A stretch of 64,000 nt of DNA from Burkholderiales bacterium (GCA_043746005.1 JAYTRR010000210.1:565-64564); one strand, 5' to 3'; shown: positions 30,317 to 40,679, numbered from the stretch's first letter. Numbers and translations: made by a program. The notes: generated from the letters alone by a model not told the origin.

Positions 30317-30943
30317 ATGGCGGACATTGGACATTTTTTTCACTCAGTCAAATTGCCGGCCATACCCGAGGTTGCACAGGCGCTCATTCGAACGCTGAAA
30401 GACCCGGCGTTCACCGCCAGCCTTCTGCGCATCGCGAACAGCGCCCTGTTTGGGCTTTCTCGTAGCGTCAGTTCGCTCGACAGTGCGGTAAGTGTGGTGG
30501 GCATGTCACAGATCCGTGTTCGTGCCCTGTCGATCTGCATCGCCAATGCGTTCCGGTTCCCCCCCAATCTGAGCCGCCTTGAATTCTGGCGCAGCAGCAT
30601 GGTCTGTGCGGGCTACGCAAAATGGCTGGCTGGAACGATTGGCCTGGATGAGCACCAAGCATGGCTGACCGGCATGATGCTGCGCTTGGGCGAACTGGTC
30701 ATTGCACAACGCAACCCGGACCTTCTGGAAGCCATCGAACGTCACCCGTGCGATCCAGGCAAGCGCTGGACACGGGAACGCAGTCTGGCGGGTTTTGACG
30801 AATGCCAGATCACATCAGAACTGGCGCGTCGTTGGGATTTTCCGACAGATGTGACGCAGGCTCTGGGGCTCGACCTGGATACACTGAAAACACATATGCC
30901 GTACGCTGAATCATTCAGCGACATTTCCATGCTGCCGGCCTAA
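30317..30943 (+). CDS. HDOD-domain protein, apparently shortened by in-frame deletions
   Basis: KLPAIPEVA...LIRTL|KDPAFTASLLRIANSA, FWRSS, AWLTGMM..LG, ELARRWDFP. Confidence 0.7.
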   Translation: MADIGHFFHSVKLPAIPEVAQALIRTLKDPAFTASLLRIANSALFGLSRSVSSLDSAVSVVGMSQIRVRALSICIANAFRFPPNLSRLEFWRSSMVCAGYAKWLAGTIGLDEHQAWLTGMMLRLGELVIAQRNPDLLEAIERHPCDPGKRWTRERSLAGFDECQITSELARRWDFPTDVTQALGLDLDTLKTHMPYAESFSDISMLPA

Positions 30944-30963
30944 GGCCCACAACCCCTTACTCC

Positions 30964-32220
30964 ATGCCATTCCTATCTCTCGGACTTTCCACCACCCTCG
31001 CCCACGCAGCCAGTGAGCTCGGTTTCTCGACGCCCACGCCGGTCCAGATCGAAGCCATTCCAGCCATTTTGCGCGGAGCGGATGTGCTGGGCTCTGCGCA
31101 AACCGGTTCGGGGAAAACGGCAGCATTTGCACTCCCCCTGCTTCAACGACTACAGGAATCTGCTTCGGAAGACCGGCAGCAGGCGCCACGGGGCGTTCGC
31201 GCCCTCGTTCTGGTGCCTACGCGCGAATTGGCGGCACAGGTGGGCGAAGTCATAGCCGGTATCGCAAAGGCCCTGCCACAGCGACTCAAAGTCAATACCG
31301 TATTTGGGGGCGTGTCCATCAATCCGCAAATGCTGGCGTTACGGGGCGGTGCTGACGTACTCGTCGCCACACCCGGTCGCCTACTCGATCTGGTCAGTCA
31401 AGGGGCGGTCCAGCTGTCCACCGTACGCCTGCTGGTACTGGACGAGGCCGACCGCCTGCTGGATATGGGTTTTACCGAAGAGTTGACCCGCATCCTGTCG
31501 ATGCTGCCTCCGAAGCGGCAAAACCTGTTTTTCTCGGCTACCTTCCCGCCGGAAGTGGAGGCACTCGCAGCCAGCCTGCTGCGCGACCCGGTGCGGGTAG
31601 AAATCGTGGCCACTGAAGTCAATGAGCCCGTTATAGAACAGCGTGCCATTCAGGTGGATCCCAAACGGCGCACCCAGTTGCTGCGTCACCTGATCAAAGA
31701 CCAGAGGTGGAAGCGCGTGCTGGTGTTTGTAGCTACCAAATACTCGGCGGAAATGATTGCCGAAAAACTGTACAAAGCAGGCGTGTTTGCCACGGCCTTC
31801 CACGGCGAACTGAGCCAGGGCGCGCGCAAGCAGGTTCTGGCCGAATTCAAGGATGAGCAGTGGGAAGTGGTGGTGACCACTGACCTGGCCTCGCGCGGCA
31901 TTGATATTGCAAAGCTACCGGTGGTGGTGAACTACGACCTTCCCAGGTCCGCAGTGGACTATGTGCACCGCATCGGCCGCACAGGCCGTGCGGGCGAAAC
32001 CGGCCTGGCCATCAGCTTTGTGAGTGCGGATACGGAGGCCCATTTCCGGCTGATTGAAAAGCGCCAGGGCGTGAGCTTGCCGCTGGAACACATACCGGGT
32101 TTTGAGCCGGTAGAGACCGCCACGCCCATCACGCCACAGGTGGCACCGGATAACGGCGGCATCAAAGGCAAGCGCCCCAGCAAGAAAGACAAGCTGAGGG
32201 CCGCGGCGCAAGGCCTTTAA
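30964..32220 (+). CDS. DEAD-box RNA helicase
   Basis: AQTGSGKT, PTRELA, TPGRL, DEAD, SAT, HRIGRTGR. Confidence 0.95.
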   Translation: MPFLSLGLSTTLAHAASELGFSTPTPVQIEAIPAILRGADVLGSAQTGSGKTAAFALPLLQRLQESASEDRQQAPRGVRALVLVPTRELAAQVGEVIAGIAKALPQRLKVNTVFGGVSINPQMLALRGGADVLVATPGRLLDLVSQGAVQLSTVRLLVLDEADRLLDMGFTEELTRILSMLPPKRQNLFFSATFPPEVEALAASLLRDPVRVEIVATEVNEPVIEQRAIQVDPKRRTQLLRHLIKDQRWKRVLVFVATKYSAEMIAEKLYKAGVFATAFHGELSQGARKQVLAEFKDEQWEVVVTTDLASRGIDIAKLPVVVNYDLPRSAVDYVHRIGRTGRAGETGLAISFVSADTEAHFRLIEKRQGVSLPLEHIPGFEPVETATPITPQVAPDNGGIKGKRPSKKDKLRAAAQGL

Positions 32221-32247
32221 TAAAGCCTCTTTGACAAGTTTGGCTGA

Positions 32248-32598
32248 TCAGGAATCGTCGTCAAGAAAGTTACCTGCGACCTCACCCGATGTCACCCGAT
32301 CCGAATTGGCTTCGGACCTCGGCTGGCGTACGCCGTGCTTGGCCAGAATTTCAACGTAAAACTGCTCACCCGCTTCGGCGACCACCGCGTCAATCAGACT
32401 GGTGAGTGTCGCAAAGTGCACCACCACAGCCGTTTCTTCGGTCTGGCCAAACTTGCAGTCAAAGTCCCAGAAATCCACGTCTTCTGGCAGATCACGGCGG
32501 CGCTCACGCTTGACGTATTTGCGGATCTCGTGCTTCACCGCCTCCAGAACGCGATCGCGATTTTTACCTTCGATGTTGAGTTTGAATGTTTTTTTCAT
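32248..32598 (-). CDS. Conserved hypothetical protein (DUF6172-like)
   Basis: MKKTF.L...K..DR.LEA.KHEIRKY.KRERR..LP..VDFWDFDCKFG. Confidence 0.7.
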   Translation of the reverse strand: MKKTFKLNIEGKNRDRVLEAVKHEIRKYVKRERRRDLPEDVDFWDFDCKFGQTEETAVVVHFATLTSLIDAVVAEAGEQFYVEILAKHGVRQPRSEANSDRVTSGEVAGNFLDDDS

Positions 32599-32654
32599 GG
32601 GGTGATTATCGGCGCTTGCTGATGGATGCGGTTTTTCCTGCACACTCGATTCTT

Positions 32655-33254
32655 ATGCATACCACCCAAGAGACCCCGAACAAGGAGCAAATCGCCTTGC
32701 TTGACCCCTTTGACCGCCTGGGCCTTGACCGCATCGTGCTGGTATCTACCGCTGAGCAGGCTCATAAAGCCTGTGCCGAACTGGGCACCGTGAAGGTTTT
32801 GGGGTTTGACACCGAGTCCAAGCCCACTTTTTTCAAGGATCAGGTGTCCGAGGGCCCGCACATCGTGCAATTGGCTACGGTCGAAAAGGCCTGGGTGTTT
32901 CAGTTGCATGATGTGCAATGCAGCGCCCTGGTGGCAGACCTGCTGGCCCTTCAGGGGGTGACCAAGGCGGGTTTTGGTCTGGGCGATGACCGCAAACGCA
33001 TCATCAGCAAACTGGGCGTCGAACCTGCTGATGTGCTGGAGCTCAACACCATTTTTCGGGAGCGCGGCTACCGCAAGGACATGGGCGTAAAAGGCGCCGT
33101 AGCGGTGCTGTTTGACCGGCGCTTCATCAAATCCAAGAAGGCCGCCACCTCCAACTGGGCAAACCCCCGTCTGACAGAAGCACAGCTCGTCTATGCTGCC
33201 AATGACGCGTATGCCGCCATTCGCGTGTTTCACGCACTCAAAATAACGGGCTGA
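32655..33254 (+). CDS. 3'-5' exonuclease (RNase D/WRN-like)
   Basis: GFDTESKPTF, VQLAT, TSNW...LT..Q..YAANDA. Confidence 0.85.
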   Translation: MHTTQETPNKEQIALLDPFDRLGLDRIVLVSTAEQAHKACAELGTVKVLGFDTESKPTFFKDQVSEGPHIVQLATVEKAWVFQLHDVQCSALVADLLALQGVTKAGFGLGDDRKRIISKLGVEPADVLELNTIFRERGYRKDMGVKGAVAVLFDRRFIKSKKAATSNWANPRLTEAQLVYAANDAYAAIRVFHALKITG

Positions 33255-33260
33255 CTGAAC

Positions 33261-34241
33261 ATGACTCCTTTATCCGTATTGGACCTCTCTCCCATCACCG
33301 AAGGCAGCGATGCCGCGCAGTCATTTCGCAACACGCTGGATCTGGCGCAACATGCAGAGACACTGGGATTCAACCGTTACTGGCTGGCCGAACACCATGG
33401 CATGCCCGGCATTGCCAGTGCGGCCACCGCCGTTCTGATCGGCCATGTGGCGGGCGGCACCCGAACCATCCGTGTGGGCGCAGGCGGCATCATGCTGCCC
33501 AACCATTCGCCGCTAGTGATTGCCGAGCAGTTTGGCACGCTGGAATCGCTCTACCCCGGTCGCATCGATCTGGGCTTGGGCCGCGCACCGGGTTCGGACC
33601 AAATCACCGCCCGTGCACTGCGTCGCAACCTGTCGTCTGAGGCCGATGAATTTCCACGCGATGTGGTGGAACTGATGGATTTCATGTCCGACCAGCCGCG
33701 CCAAAGTGTGCGTTCCGTACCGGGTACCGGGCTGAAAGTTCCCGTCTGGATACTGGGCTCCAGCCTGTTTGGCGCCCAATTGGCCGCCATGCTCGGCCTG
33801 CCCTACGCCTTTGCCTCACACTTTGCGCCGGCGCAGATGATGCAGGCAGTCGAGCTGTACCGTACCACCTTCAAACCGTCGGCACAACTGGCCAAGCCCT
33901 ATGTGATGCTGGGGTTCAACGTCTTTGCAGCAGATTCCGACGAACAGGCCCACATTCTTGCTACGTCCATGCAGCAGGCGTTCGTCAACCTGCGTAGCGG
34001 ACGCCCGGCCAAACTGCCGCCGCCCAAGCCGGGTTACGCAGAACAGGTGGGGCCTGCCGAACGCGCCTTACTCGATAGCGTGTTGTCATGCACCGCGATT
34101 GGCGCACCCCCCACCATTCGCAAAGGCTTGCACGACTTTATTGCGCGCACGGGCGCAGACGAATTGATGATCACCTCGCAAATGTTCGATCACGCCGCGC
34201 GCAAACGCTCGTATGAACTCACCGCGGGCGCCATGCGGTAA
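33261..34241 (+). CDS. LLM-class flavin-dependent oxidoreductase
   Basis: [41 protein letters not shown]. Confidence 0.9.
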   Translation: MTPLSVLDLSPITEGSDAAQSFRNTLDLAQHAETLGFNRYWLAEHHGMPGIASAATAVLIGHVAGGTRTIRVGAGGIMLPNHSPLVIAEQFGTLESLYPGRIDLGLGRAPGSDQITARALRRNLSSEADEFPRDVVELMDFMSDQPRQSVRSVPGTGLKVPVWILGSSLFGAQLAAMLGLPYAFASHFAPAQMMQAVELYRTTFKPSAQLAKPYVMLGFNVFAADSDEQAHILATSMQQAFVNLRSGRPAKLPPPKPGYAEQVGPAERALLDSVLSCTAIGAPPTIRKGLHDFIARTGADELMITSQMFDHAARKRSYELTAGAMR

Positions 34242-34256
34242 GGGGACTCGCTTGGA

Positions 34257-34709
34257 TCAGAGCTGGCTCGGCATGCGGAAGTTCAGCAGCCGCGTGGCAA
34301 TGACGGTCTCAAATAAAAAGCACAGCAGCGCCAGTAAAAAGCACCCCACCCCACCCAAAAATCCGCCAACAGCCCACCGGCTGATCTGAAACCCGGTGGT
34401 CTCCCCCACAAACAGCACGATGATGGTGAGCCCAATCAAAAAAGCACACAAGGTCAGCAGCGCAATGCCACCATTGGCCAGGCGCCCGCGCATCCGCAGT
34501 TCGGTCAGTTCGGAGTAGGCGCGGGCCAGAAATTCGCGGTCAGTGGAGTCGCGGGCACGGTCTTCCACCAGACGCGCCCGGTCAATAATGCGCGCTAGCC
34601 GCCCTGCAATGGCGCCGATCATTCCCGACACCGCCGTGAGCAGGAACACGGGTGCCACGGCCAGTTGAATACCGTGGGTCACGGCGTCGGCATCGAGTGT
34701 AAAAATCAT
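34257..34709 (-). CDS. DUF2721-family membrane protein
   Basis: IQLAVAPVFLL...RLARIIDRAR; three TM segments. Confidence 0.8.
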   Translation of the reverse strand: MIFTLDADAVTHGIQLAVAPVFLLTAVSGMIGAIAGRLARIIDRARLVEDRARDSTDREFLARAYSELTELRMRGRLANGGIALLTLCAFLIGLTIIVLFVGETTGFQISRWAVGGFLGGVGCFLLALLCFLFETVIATRLLNFRMPSQL

Positions 34710-35230
34710 GTTGAAACCAAATCGTCGTAATAATGAAAGCTGTGGCAACTGCTCGCCCAGTGCGCATTGGTCGTCTTGCGTGCACCGACCCCCACGACCC
34801 GGCACCCGGCGGCCTTGATCTTCTGTGCTGCGGGCATGAAATCACTGTCGCCACCCACAATCACCACCGTGCCGATGTGCCCGTGGTGGTCCAGGTCTTC
34901 CAAGGCGTCCAGACACAAGCGGATATCGGCACCATTTTTGGCGGATCCGCCCGGTGGAAACAGCTGAATGAGCTCCATGGCGTTGTGCAACAGTGCATCG
35001 CGGTAGCGGCCAAAATACTGCCAGTTGCAATATGCACGGTTAATGGCAAGAGGCCCCAACGAGGCAGCCAGATCAACGATGGCCTGAATATTGACCAAGG
35101 GCTCCTGCACCTTGAATCGGTTGTCGGGTGTGCTGTATGAGCCTTCTGATCGGGCCTCGCACAGGGCTGCGTGCAGGTTCTCGAAGTCCCAGTACAGGGC
35201 TACGCCAGGTTTGTCTTGATTTTCACTCAT
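34706..35230 (-). CDS. NYN-domain (LabA/DUF88) protein
   Basis: LYWDFEN, RAYCNW, KNGADI.L..D, GGDSDF. Confidence 0.85.
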   Translation of the reverse strand: MSENQDKPGVALYWDFENLHAALCEARSEGSYSTPDNRFKVQEPLVNIQAIVDLAASLGPLAINRAYCNWQYFGRYRDALLHNAMELIQLFPPGGSAKNGADIRLCLDALEDLDHHGHIGTVVIVGGDSDFMPAAQKIKAAGCRVVGVGARKTTNAHWASSCHSFHYYDDLVST

Positions 35231-35260
35231 GCGCATAGTGTCTCTCACTCTGCCACCCCG

Positions 35261-35635
35261 TCACCCGCCCGCGCGTTTGACGGTGAAACCCTGCGCCTTC
35301 AGCACCTCCATGATGCGGTCGCAGTGATCACCCTGCACCTCAATCACACCGTCTTTTGCCGTGCCGCCGCTGCCACAGGCGGCCTTGAGTTTTTTACCCA
35401 GTTCCGCAAGGGCGGTCGGGTCCAGTGCCACCCCTTTAACCAGGGTTACGGCCTTGCCACCCCGGCCCTTGGTTTCGCGGGAGACCCGCACAATGCCATC
35501 GCCCGCGGGCACCGCAGATTTTGCTTTGCAGATGCACTGCGCCACCGGCTGGCGGCAGTCGGGGCACATGCGCCCCGTGTCGGTGGAATACACCAGCCCG
35601 CCCAACGACGATAGGCCCGAGGATTTTCCCTTCAT
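35261..35635 (-). CDS. yciH: SUI1-family translation initiation factor
   Basis: LVYSTD, RETKGRGGK.VT, CG.GGT.KDG.IEVQGDH. Confidence 0.9.
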   Translation of the reverse strand: MKGKSSGLSSLGGLVYSTDTGRMCPDCRQPVAQCICKAKSAVPAGDGIVRVSRETKGRGGKAVTLVKGVALDPTALAELGKKLKAACGSGGTAKDGVIEVQGDHCDRIMEVLKAQGFTVKRAGG

Positions 35636-35768
35636 GACCATTTACCCCCCGATCCGCGCCAGCGCCGCACCACCCAATCGTGCCGCTGTGTCCAGACACA
35701 GCGCCGAGACTTGAAAACTGCCTTTTCCCAGGCGTCGGTATTGCATACGCATCTCCATAATATAAGCT

Positions 35769-35823
35769 AAATAGGGCCTTAGACCGCGTATTCATTGCGC
35801 AAGTAGCTATCAAAACAATAGCA
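35769..35823 (+). repeat. 55-bp dispersed element, copy 6 (left edge of Crp island)
   Basis: aaatagggccttagaccgcgtattcattgcgcaagtagctatcaaaacaatagca. Confidence 0.9.
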
Positions 35824-35861
35824 TACAGTCACACACCCAGAACCTGGCATTGGCTGACCTG

Positions 35862-35904
35862 CGTGCGCCAGCGAACAGACTGTACGTGAACGAAACCCTA
35901 TTCT
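35862..35904 (+). promoter_or_regulatory. CRP-like box plus -10 (class II) upstream of OmpA-family gene
   Basis: cgtgcg-ccag-cgaaca, 21 nt, tattct. Confidence 0.65.
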
Positions 35905-35954
35905 TGATCCAACGAGAATTTTCTCGGCATGAATTCCACTTGAGGCGCTACAAC

Positions 35955-36653
35955 ATGAACAAGATTTCGGGACTACTGACCGCGGCCATGGCCGCCGCCG
36001 CACTTTTGCCACTGACGGCCACCGCCCAAATACAAGACACAAAAAACCAGGGCTACCTGCTTGACCGTGACACCGGATTTGTGACCAATGCAAGCGGTCA
36101 ATGCTGGCATACCGGTGACTGGACGCCCGCACGCGCCGTAGAGCCTTGCGACCCCGCCATCAAGAAAATTGCCACCAATGTGCCGGCGCCAAGGCCGGTC
36201 GAAGTGGTAGCTGCGGCACCTGTTGTGGTGCCTGCACCAGTCGCTGTGCCGCCCATGAAACAGAAGATCAGCTTCTCGGGCGATGCGCTGTTCGCATTCG
36301 ACAAGTCCGTCCTCAAACCAGAGGGGGAAACCATGCTGGACGGTCTGGTGCAGCAACTCAGCGGCGCGACCTATGACACGGTGCTGGCTACCGGCCACAC
36401 GGACCGACTGGGTAGCAATGCGTACAACCAGAAGCTCTCCGAGCGCCGTGCCCAGACTGTAAAAGACTATCTGGTGAGCAAAAACGTCCAGGCTGGCCGC
36501 ATTGATGCGCAGGGCAAAGGCGAAACCGAACCCGTCACCAAACCCGGTGAGTGCCGCGGTGCACAAAGCGTGAAAGTTATCGCTTGCCTGCAGCCCGATC
36601 GCCGTGTTGATGTCGAGATGACTGGCACCAAAGCGGCCGCTGGAACGCAGTAA
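35955..36653 (+). CDS. OmpA-family periplasmic protein
   Basis: Signal peptide; LFAFDKS, GHTDRLGS.AYNQKLSERRA..V, DRRVDVE. Confidence 0.9.
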   Translation: MNKISGLLTAAMAAAALLPLTATAQIQDTKNQGYLLDRDTGFVTNASGQCWHTGDWTPARAVEPCDPAIKKIATNVPAPRPVEVVAAAPVVVPAPVAVPPMKQKISFSGDALFAFDKSVLKPEGETMLDGLVQQLSGATYDTVLATGHTDRLGSNAYNQKLSERRAQTVKDYLVSKNVQAGRIDAQGKGETEPVTKPGECRGAQSVKVIACLQPDRRVDVEMTGTKAAAGTQ

Positions 36654-36715
36654 ATCGAGCCAAGTCCCGTCACAAACAGCGCCGTGCGGCAAACTTGGCG
36701 GCAGGCCTTCACGAG

Positions 36716-38101
36716 ATGACTCCCAATATTGCCACCCTCGCTTTAGCGGTTAGCTGTCTCATCATGGGGACGGGCTGTGCGGCGTTGCCGGACACCCAGT
36801 TCCTGACGGATCGATATACCCTGCAGGCTGCACGCATTGAAAATGCGCAGGGGCCACTCTCGAAGAGTCGAAGTGCGGAGATCATCGCGCGGCTCAAACG
36901 CCAGGCGGGAGACCTCGACATCCTGGACAAGCAAGTGGCGCTGGAGCAGGCCATCGTTGGGAGCCCACTTGTTGTGGGCAACAGGGTGACCCTGCTGCAG
37001 GATGGACCGGCCACGTACCAAGCTATGTTCGCAGCCATTCGCAAGGCTAGAGACCACATCAATGTGGAGTCCTACATCATTGAAGACGGCGAAGTCGGGC
37101 AACAGTTTGCGGATTTGCTGATTGAGCGCCAGGCGCAAGGTGTCCAGGTCAACCTGGTGTACGACAGCGTAGGTGCGTTTGGCACTCCCAAAAGCTATTT
37201 CGACCGGCTGACCCAAGCCGGCATCCATGTTCTCGGGTTCAACCCGATGAATCCACTGGCGGCAAAAAAAGCCTGGAATATCAACCATCGGGATCACCGC
37301 AAACTGCTTTTGGTGGATGGGCATACGGCGTTTATAGGTGGCATCAATATCAGTAGTGTTTATTCGAGTGGATCTTCGTTCAAACGAAGCAAGGAATCGC
37401 GGGACACCACGCGCGGATGGCGCGACACCGACATCCAGATTGACGGTCCGGTAGTTGCCGAATTTCAGAAATTGTTCATTGAAACCTGGGCCAAACAAAA
37501 CGGCAAAGCGCTTGCAGAAAAAACCTACTTTCCGGCAATTTCCCCGCAGGGCAAGGAGATGGTGCGGGCAATAGGCAGCACGCCAGACGATCCCTACAGC
37601 CTGATCTATCTGACCCTGATATCCGCAATCATGAACGCCGAAAAACAGGTGTACATCACCAACGCCTACTTTGTTCCGGATCCGCAACTCATCAAGGCCT
37701 TGCTGGACGCTGCAGGCAGAGGAGTGGATGTGCGCCTGATCCTTCCGGGTCAATCAGACTCGGCCTTCACGTTCCACGCCGGTCGCTCGTACTACGCCCA
37801 GTTACTGGAGGGGGGCGTCAAAATATTCGAGCGCAGCGGCGCCTTGCTGCATGTAAAAACAGCCATTGTGGACGGCGTGTGGTCTTGCGTGGGCTCCAGC
37901 AATCTGGACTGGCGCAGCGCGCTCGACAACGATGAAATCAATGCGGTTATTTTGGGACCTGAGTTTGCGCGACAAATGCAGACGTCTTTCGAAAAAGACG
38001 CAAGCGCCTCCGAAAGAATTGATCACGCGACATGGGAAAAAAGACCTCTGCTATTCCGGTTGAAAGAAGGAGCAGCCCGACTTTTGGGGCGACTGCTTTG
38101 A
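36716..38101 (+). CDS. Cardiolipin synthase-like phospholipase D with lipoprotein-type signal
   Basis: Two HKD motifs (HRKLLLVD, HVKTAIVD), GWRD, GSSNLDWRS; N-terminus ...LIMGTGC. Confidence 0.85.
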   Translation: MTPNIATLALAVSCLIMGTGCAALPDTQFLTDRYTLQAARIENAQGPLSKSRSAEIIARLKRQAGDLDILDKQVALEQAIVGSPLVVGNRVTLLQDGPATYQAMFAAIRKARDHINVESYIIEDGEVGQQFADLLIERQAQGVQVNLVYDSVGAFGTPKSYFDRLTQAGIHVLGFNPMNPLAAKKAWNINHRDHRKLLLVDGHTAFIGGINISSVYSSGSSFKRSKESRDTTRGWRDTDIQIDGPVVAEFQKLFIETWAKQNGKALAEKTYFPAISPQGKEMVRAIGSTPDDPYSLIYLTLISAIMNAEKQVYITNAYFVPDPQLIKALLDAAGRGVDVRLILPGQSDSAFTFHAGRSYYAQLLEGGVKIFERSGALLHVKTAIVDGVWSCVGSSNLDWRSALDNDEINAVILGPEFARQMQTSFEKDASASERIDHATWEKRPLLFRLKEGAARLLGRLL

Positions 38102-38280
38102 AGACCTTCTTCACCATTGCCGGTGCGAATACACGAAAAGTCCGGGGGAATGGGTGTTATGGTCAGATGAGACACCCAATCACCAATCACCAGAACGGGA
38201 GCACCGCGCCACTCCCCTCAATGCAAACATTCGATCTTCGCGCAGAGCGCGGCGGGCCACACAACCAAACAGGTATCAAA

Positions 38281-39105
38281 ATGACAATCTCGGAAAACGA
38301 AATCCTCGCCGCCAGCATTCTTATCGTTGACGACCAGGCTGTAAACATCACCCTGCTGAAACAAATGCTGCAGGAAGTGGGCTTTGACGATGTGACTTCC
38401 ACGATGAATCCACGGGAGGTCTGTGGACTGCATGCCAAAAATCACTACGACCTGATCCTGCTCGACCTGCAAATGCCTGGCATGGACGGTTTCGAAGTGA
38501 TGGAGGGACTCAAGGCCCAGAACACAGACGCCTACGTTCCGGTGCTGGTCATCACTGCCGAACCCGGCCACAAGCTGCGCGCACTGCAAGCTGGCGCGAA
38601 GGATTTCATCAGCAAGCCGTTTGACCTGATCGAAGCCAAGACGCGCATTCACAATATGCTGGAAGTACGGCTTCTGTACAGGAAGCTGGAGAAGTTCAAC
38701 AAGGAACTGGAACAGACCGTTCAGGAGCGTACGGCTGAGCTGAGAGAAAGTGAAGCGCGCTACCGCAGTCTGACCGAACTGGCTTCCGACTGGTACTGGG
38801 AGCAGGACGAGGCAGGACACTTCACCAAAGTCTCCGGACCTGTTCTTGAAATGCTGGGCATTCGCGTGGACACCAATGCAGAGCGGACCAATGACACCCA
38901 GAAAGCGGGCTGGAACGAAACCGAACGCACGGCATTGCAGGCGCGCATTGCAGCGCGAGAGCCCTTTCTTGACTACGTTTTCAGTCGCGTCAATGCCGAT
39001 GGCTCCAAGCAAGAGTTTCGGGTCAGCGGGGAACCCATGTTCAACCAGTCCAGCCGCTTCGTGGGCTACCGCGGAATCGGTGTCGAACTGATCGCCCTGA
39101 AATAG
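38281..39105 (+). CDS. Response regulator REC-coiled coil-PAS, no output domain
   Basis: ILIVDD, LLDLQMP, FISKPF; LRESEARYRSLTELASDWYWEQD...YRGIG. Confidence 0.85.
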   Translation: MTISENEILAASILIVDDQAVNITLLKQMLQEVGFDDVTSTMNPREVCGLHAKNHYDLILLDLQMPGMDGFEVMEGLKAQNTDAYVPVLVITAEPGHKLRALQAGAKDFISKPFDLIEAKTRIHNMLEVRLLYRKLEKFNKELEQTVQERTAELRESEARYRSLTELASDWYWEQDEAGHFTKVSGPVLEMLGIRVDTNAERTNDTQKAGWNETERTALQARIAAREPFLDYVFSRVNADGSKQEFRVSGEPMFNQSSRFVGYRGIGVELIALK

Positions 39106-39117
39106 CGGCCCAACCCC

Positions 39118-39870
39118 GTGAAGCCACCGATGTCATCGCCCAACCATCCGAACCAGAATCATCTTCTTGCCGCCTTGCCGGCGGAGGATTTTGAGGGTTT
39201 GATGCTGCCTCTCGAACTGGTGGCCATGCCACTGGGGGAAGTCCTGTATGAGCCAGGTGGATCCCTGCGGCACGCTTACTTTCCCACCACAGCCATCGTG
39301 TCCCTGCAATACGTCACCGAATCCGGTGCAGCGTCCGAAATGGCCGGCGTCGGCCACGAAGGCATGGTGGGCGTCTCACTGCTGATGGGCGGCGACACAA
39401 CGCCCAGCTCGGCCGTGGTGCAAACGGCAGGCCACGCCTACCGTCTCAATCGAAGCGTGTTGAAGCAGGAGTTTGATCGTTTGGGAGCCCTGAATCGCCT
39501 GCTGCTGCGGTACACCCAGGCGTTGATGACCCAAATGGGCCAGACCGCGGTCTGCAACCGGTACCATTCCGTTGAACAGCAACTGTCGCGCTGGCTGCTG
39601 GTAACCCTGGATCGCATCCCCTCGGGGGAATTGGTCATGACGCAGGAACTCGTTGCCAGCATGCTGGGCGTACGCCGTGAAGGAATTACCGAGGCGGCAG
39701 GCAAGCTGCAGCTGGCGGGCTATATTCGCTACCGCCGAGGTCATATCTCGGTGCTGAACCGGGCCGGGCTGGAGACAAGAACGTGCGAATGCTATGGCGT
39801 GGTCAAGAAGGAATTCAGCCGCCTGCTGCCAAGCAGCCAAAGCAGCCAAAGCAGCCAGGATAACGATTAA
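39118..39870 (+). CDS. Crp/Fnr-family transcriptional regulator
   Basis: NHLLAAL, cNMP-like domain, AVCNRYHSVEQQLSRWLL, HTH TQELVASMLGVRREGITEAA, C-terminal CECY. Confidence 0.9.
   Translation: MKPPMSSPNHPNQNHLLAALPAEDFEGLMLPLELVAMPLGEVLYEPGGSLRHAYFPTTAIVSLQYVTESGAASEMAGVGHEGMVGVSLLMGGDTTPSSAVVQTAGHAYRLNRSVLKQEFDRLGALNRLLLRYTQALMTQMGQTAVCNRYHSVEQQLSRWLLVTLDRIPSGELVMTQELVASMLGVRREGITEAAGKLQLAGYIRYRRGHISVLNRAGLETRTCECYGVVKKEFSRLLPSSQSSQSSQDND
39832..39858 (+). repeat. 9-bp tandem repeat (agcagccaa x3, last imperfect) encoding SSQ tail
   Basis: agcagccaa agcagccaa agcagccag. Confidence 0.8.
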
Positions 39871-39878
39871 CGGGGTGG

Positions 39879-40229
39879 TCAGACTTCAGTTTTGTCGTTC
39901 TGATAACGTGTCCATAGGGCCATCACGGACCCAGCCAAAGACACCATCTGCAGCAGCCCGGTTGGAGTAAAAAATCGACTGACCGCGCCTCCTGTTACTG
40001 GTTTTTTCTCGCGCTTGGTCCTGATCTGCCCCAAAGCAAAGCCAACCCCCGTCGCCAAAAGCAGGGCCGTAGGCGAACCCAGTTTTTTTCTAACGCCTGC
40101 CTTCAGTGCCGCTGCATGGGCGGTTGATTCGCAATAGCGCAACGCCAAACGCCGTTCCGTCGCATCAATTTGATGATCGAGTGAGCCAGATTGACTGGCT
40201 GGCAGCGATTTCCCGGTATTGGTTATCAC
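39879..40229 (-). CDS. Small membrane protein (YqjK-like position)
   Basis: Overlaps the upstream gene by 4 nt; hydrophobic SPTALLLATGVGFALG. Confidence 0.6.
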   Translation of the reverse strand: MITNTGKSLPASQSGSLDHQIDATERRLALRYCESTAHAAALKAGVRKKLGSPTALLLATGVGFALGQIRTKREKKPVTGGAVSRFFTPTGLLQMVSLAGSVMALWTRYQNDKTEV

Positions 40230-40666
40230 GCGGTGTCCTTGGGAACATCCGCGCTGCGGCTTAACTGAAGGCTGCGCTGCGTTGCGGGAAAACGTAGAAG
40301 TCGGCTTCTTCGGCGTATAGCGAAGGCCAGAGAGGCCATCCCCATCACATTGAATAATGCAAAAAGCAAAAGGGCGGCGCCTGGCGCAACCCCATAGCCA
40401 ACCAGCCAGAACACCAAAGCGCCCGATAGGGCCAGCCAGGTGCTCAGCAGTAGCACGCCAATCACCAAGCTATATGCCAATATGTGAGCGAGACTTTCTC
40501 CTGCGCGCTGCGCCTCCAGTGCAAGCAGTTGCACGTGGTCTTGTACGATGCCCCGCAGGTCGCCCCACAGGGCATCGGCCGTGTCCATCAACCCGACCGG
40601 GTCAACCGTCTCTTGGGCGGATGACTCAGTGTCGGGATGTGGCGCATCGGAGGATGTCATGCCCAT
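40226..40666 (-). CDS. YqjE/phage-holin-family-like membrane protein
   Basis: DHVQLLALEAQRAGESL, two TM segments, FPATQRSL. Confidence 0.7.
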   Translation of the reverse strand: MGMTSSDAPHPDTESSAQETVDPVGLMDTADALWGDLRGIVQDHVQLLALEAQRAGESLAHILAYSLVIGVLLLSTWLALSGALVFWLVGYGVAPGAALLLFALFNVMGMASLAFAIRRRSRLLRFPATQRSLQLSRSADVPKDTA

Positions 40667-40679
40667 TGCGCGCGCAACA

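Noticed and set aside
39832-39858. 9-bp tandem repeat as a phase-variation switch
   Set aside because: Unit length is a multiple of 3 and it lies in the last codons of the Crp gene, so copy-number change would not alter the frame.
40226-40666. Holin-like gene as evidence of a prophage
   Set aside because: Context is the YqjD/E/K-like stress operon; no phage genes nearby.
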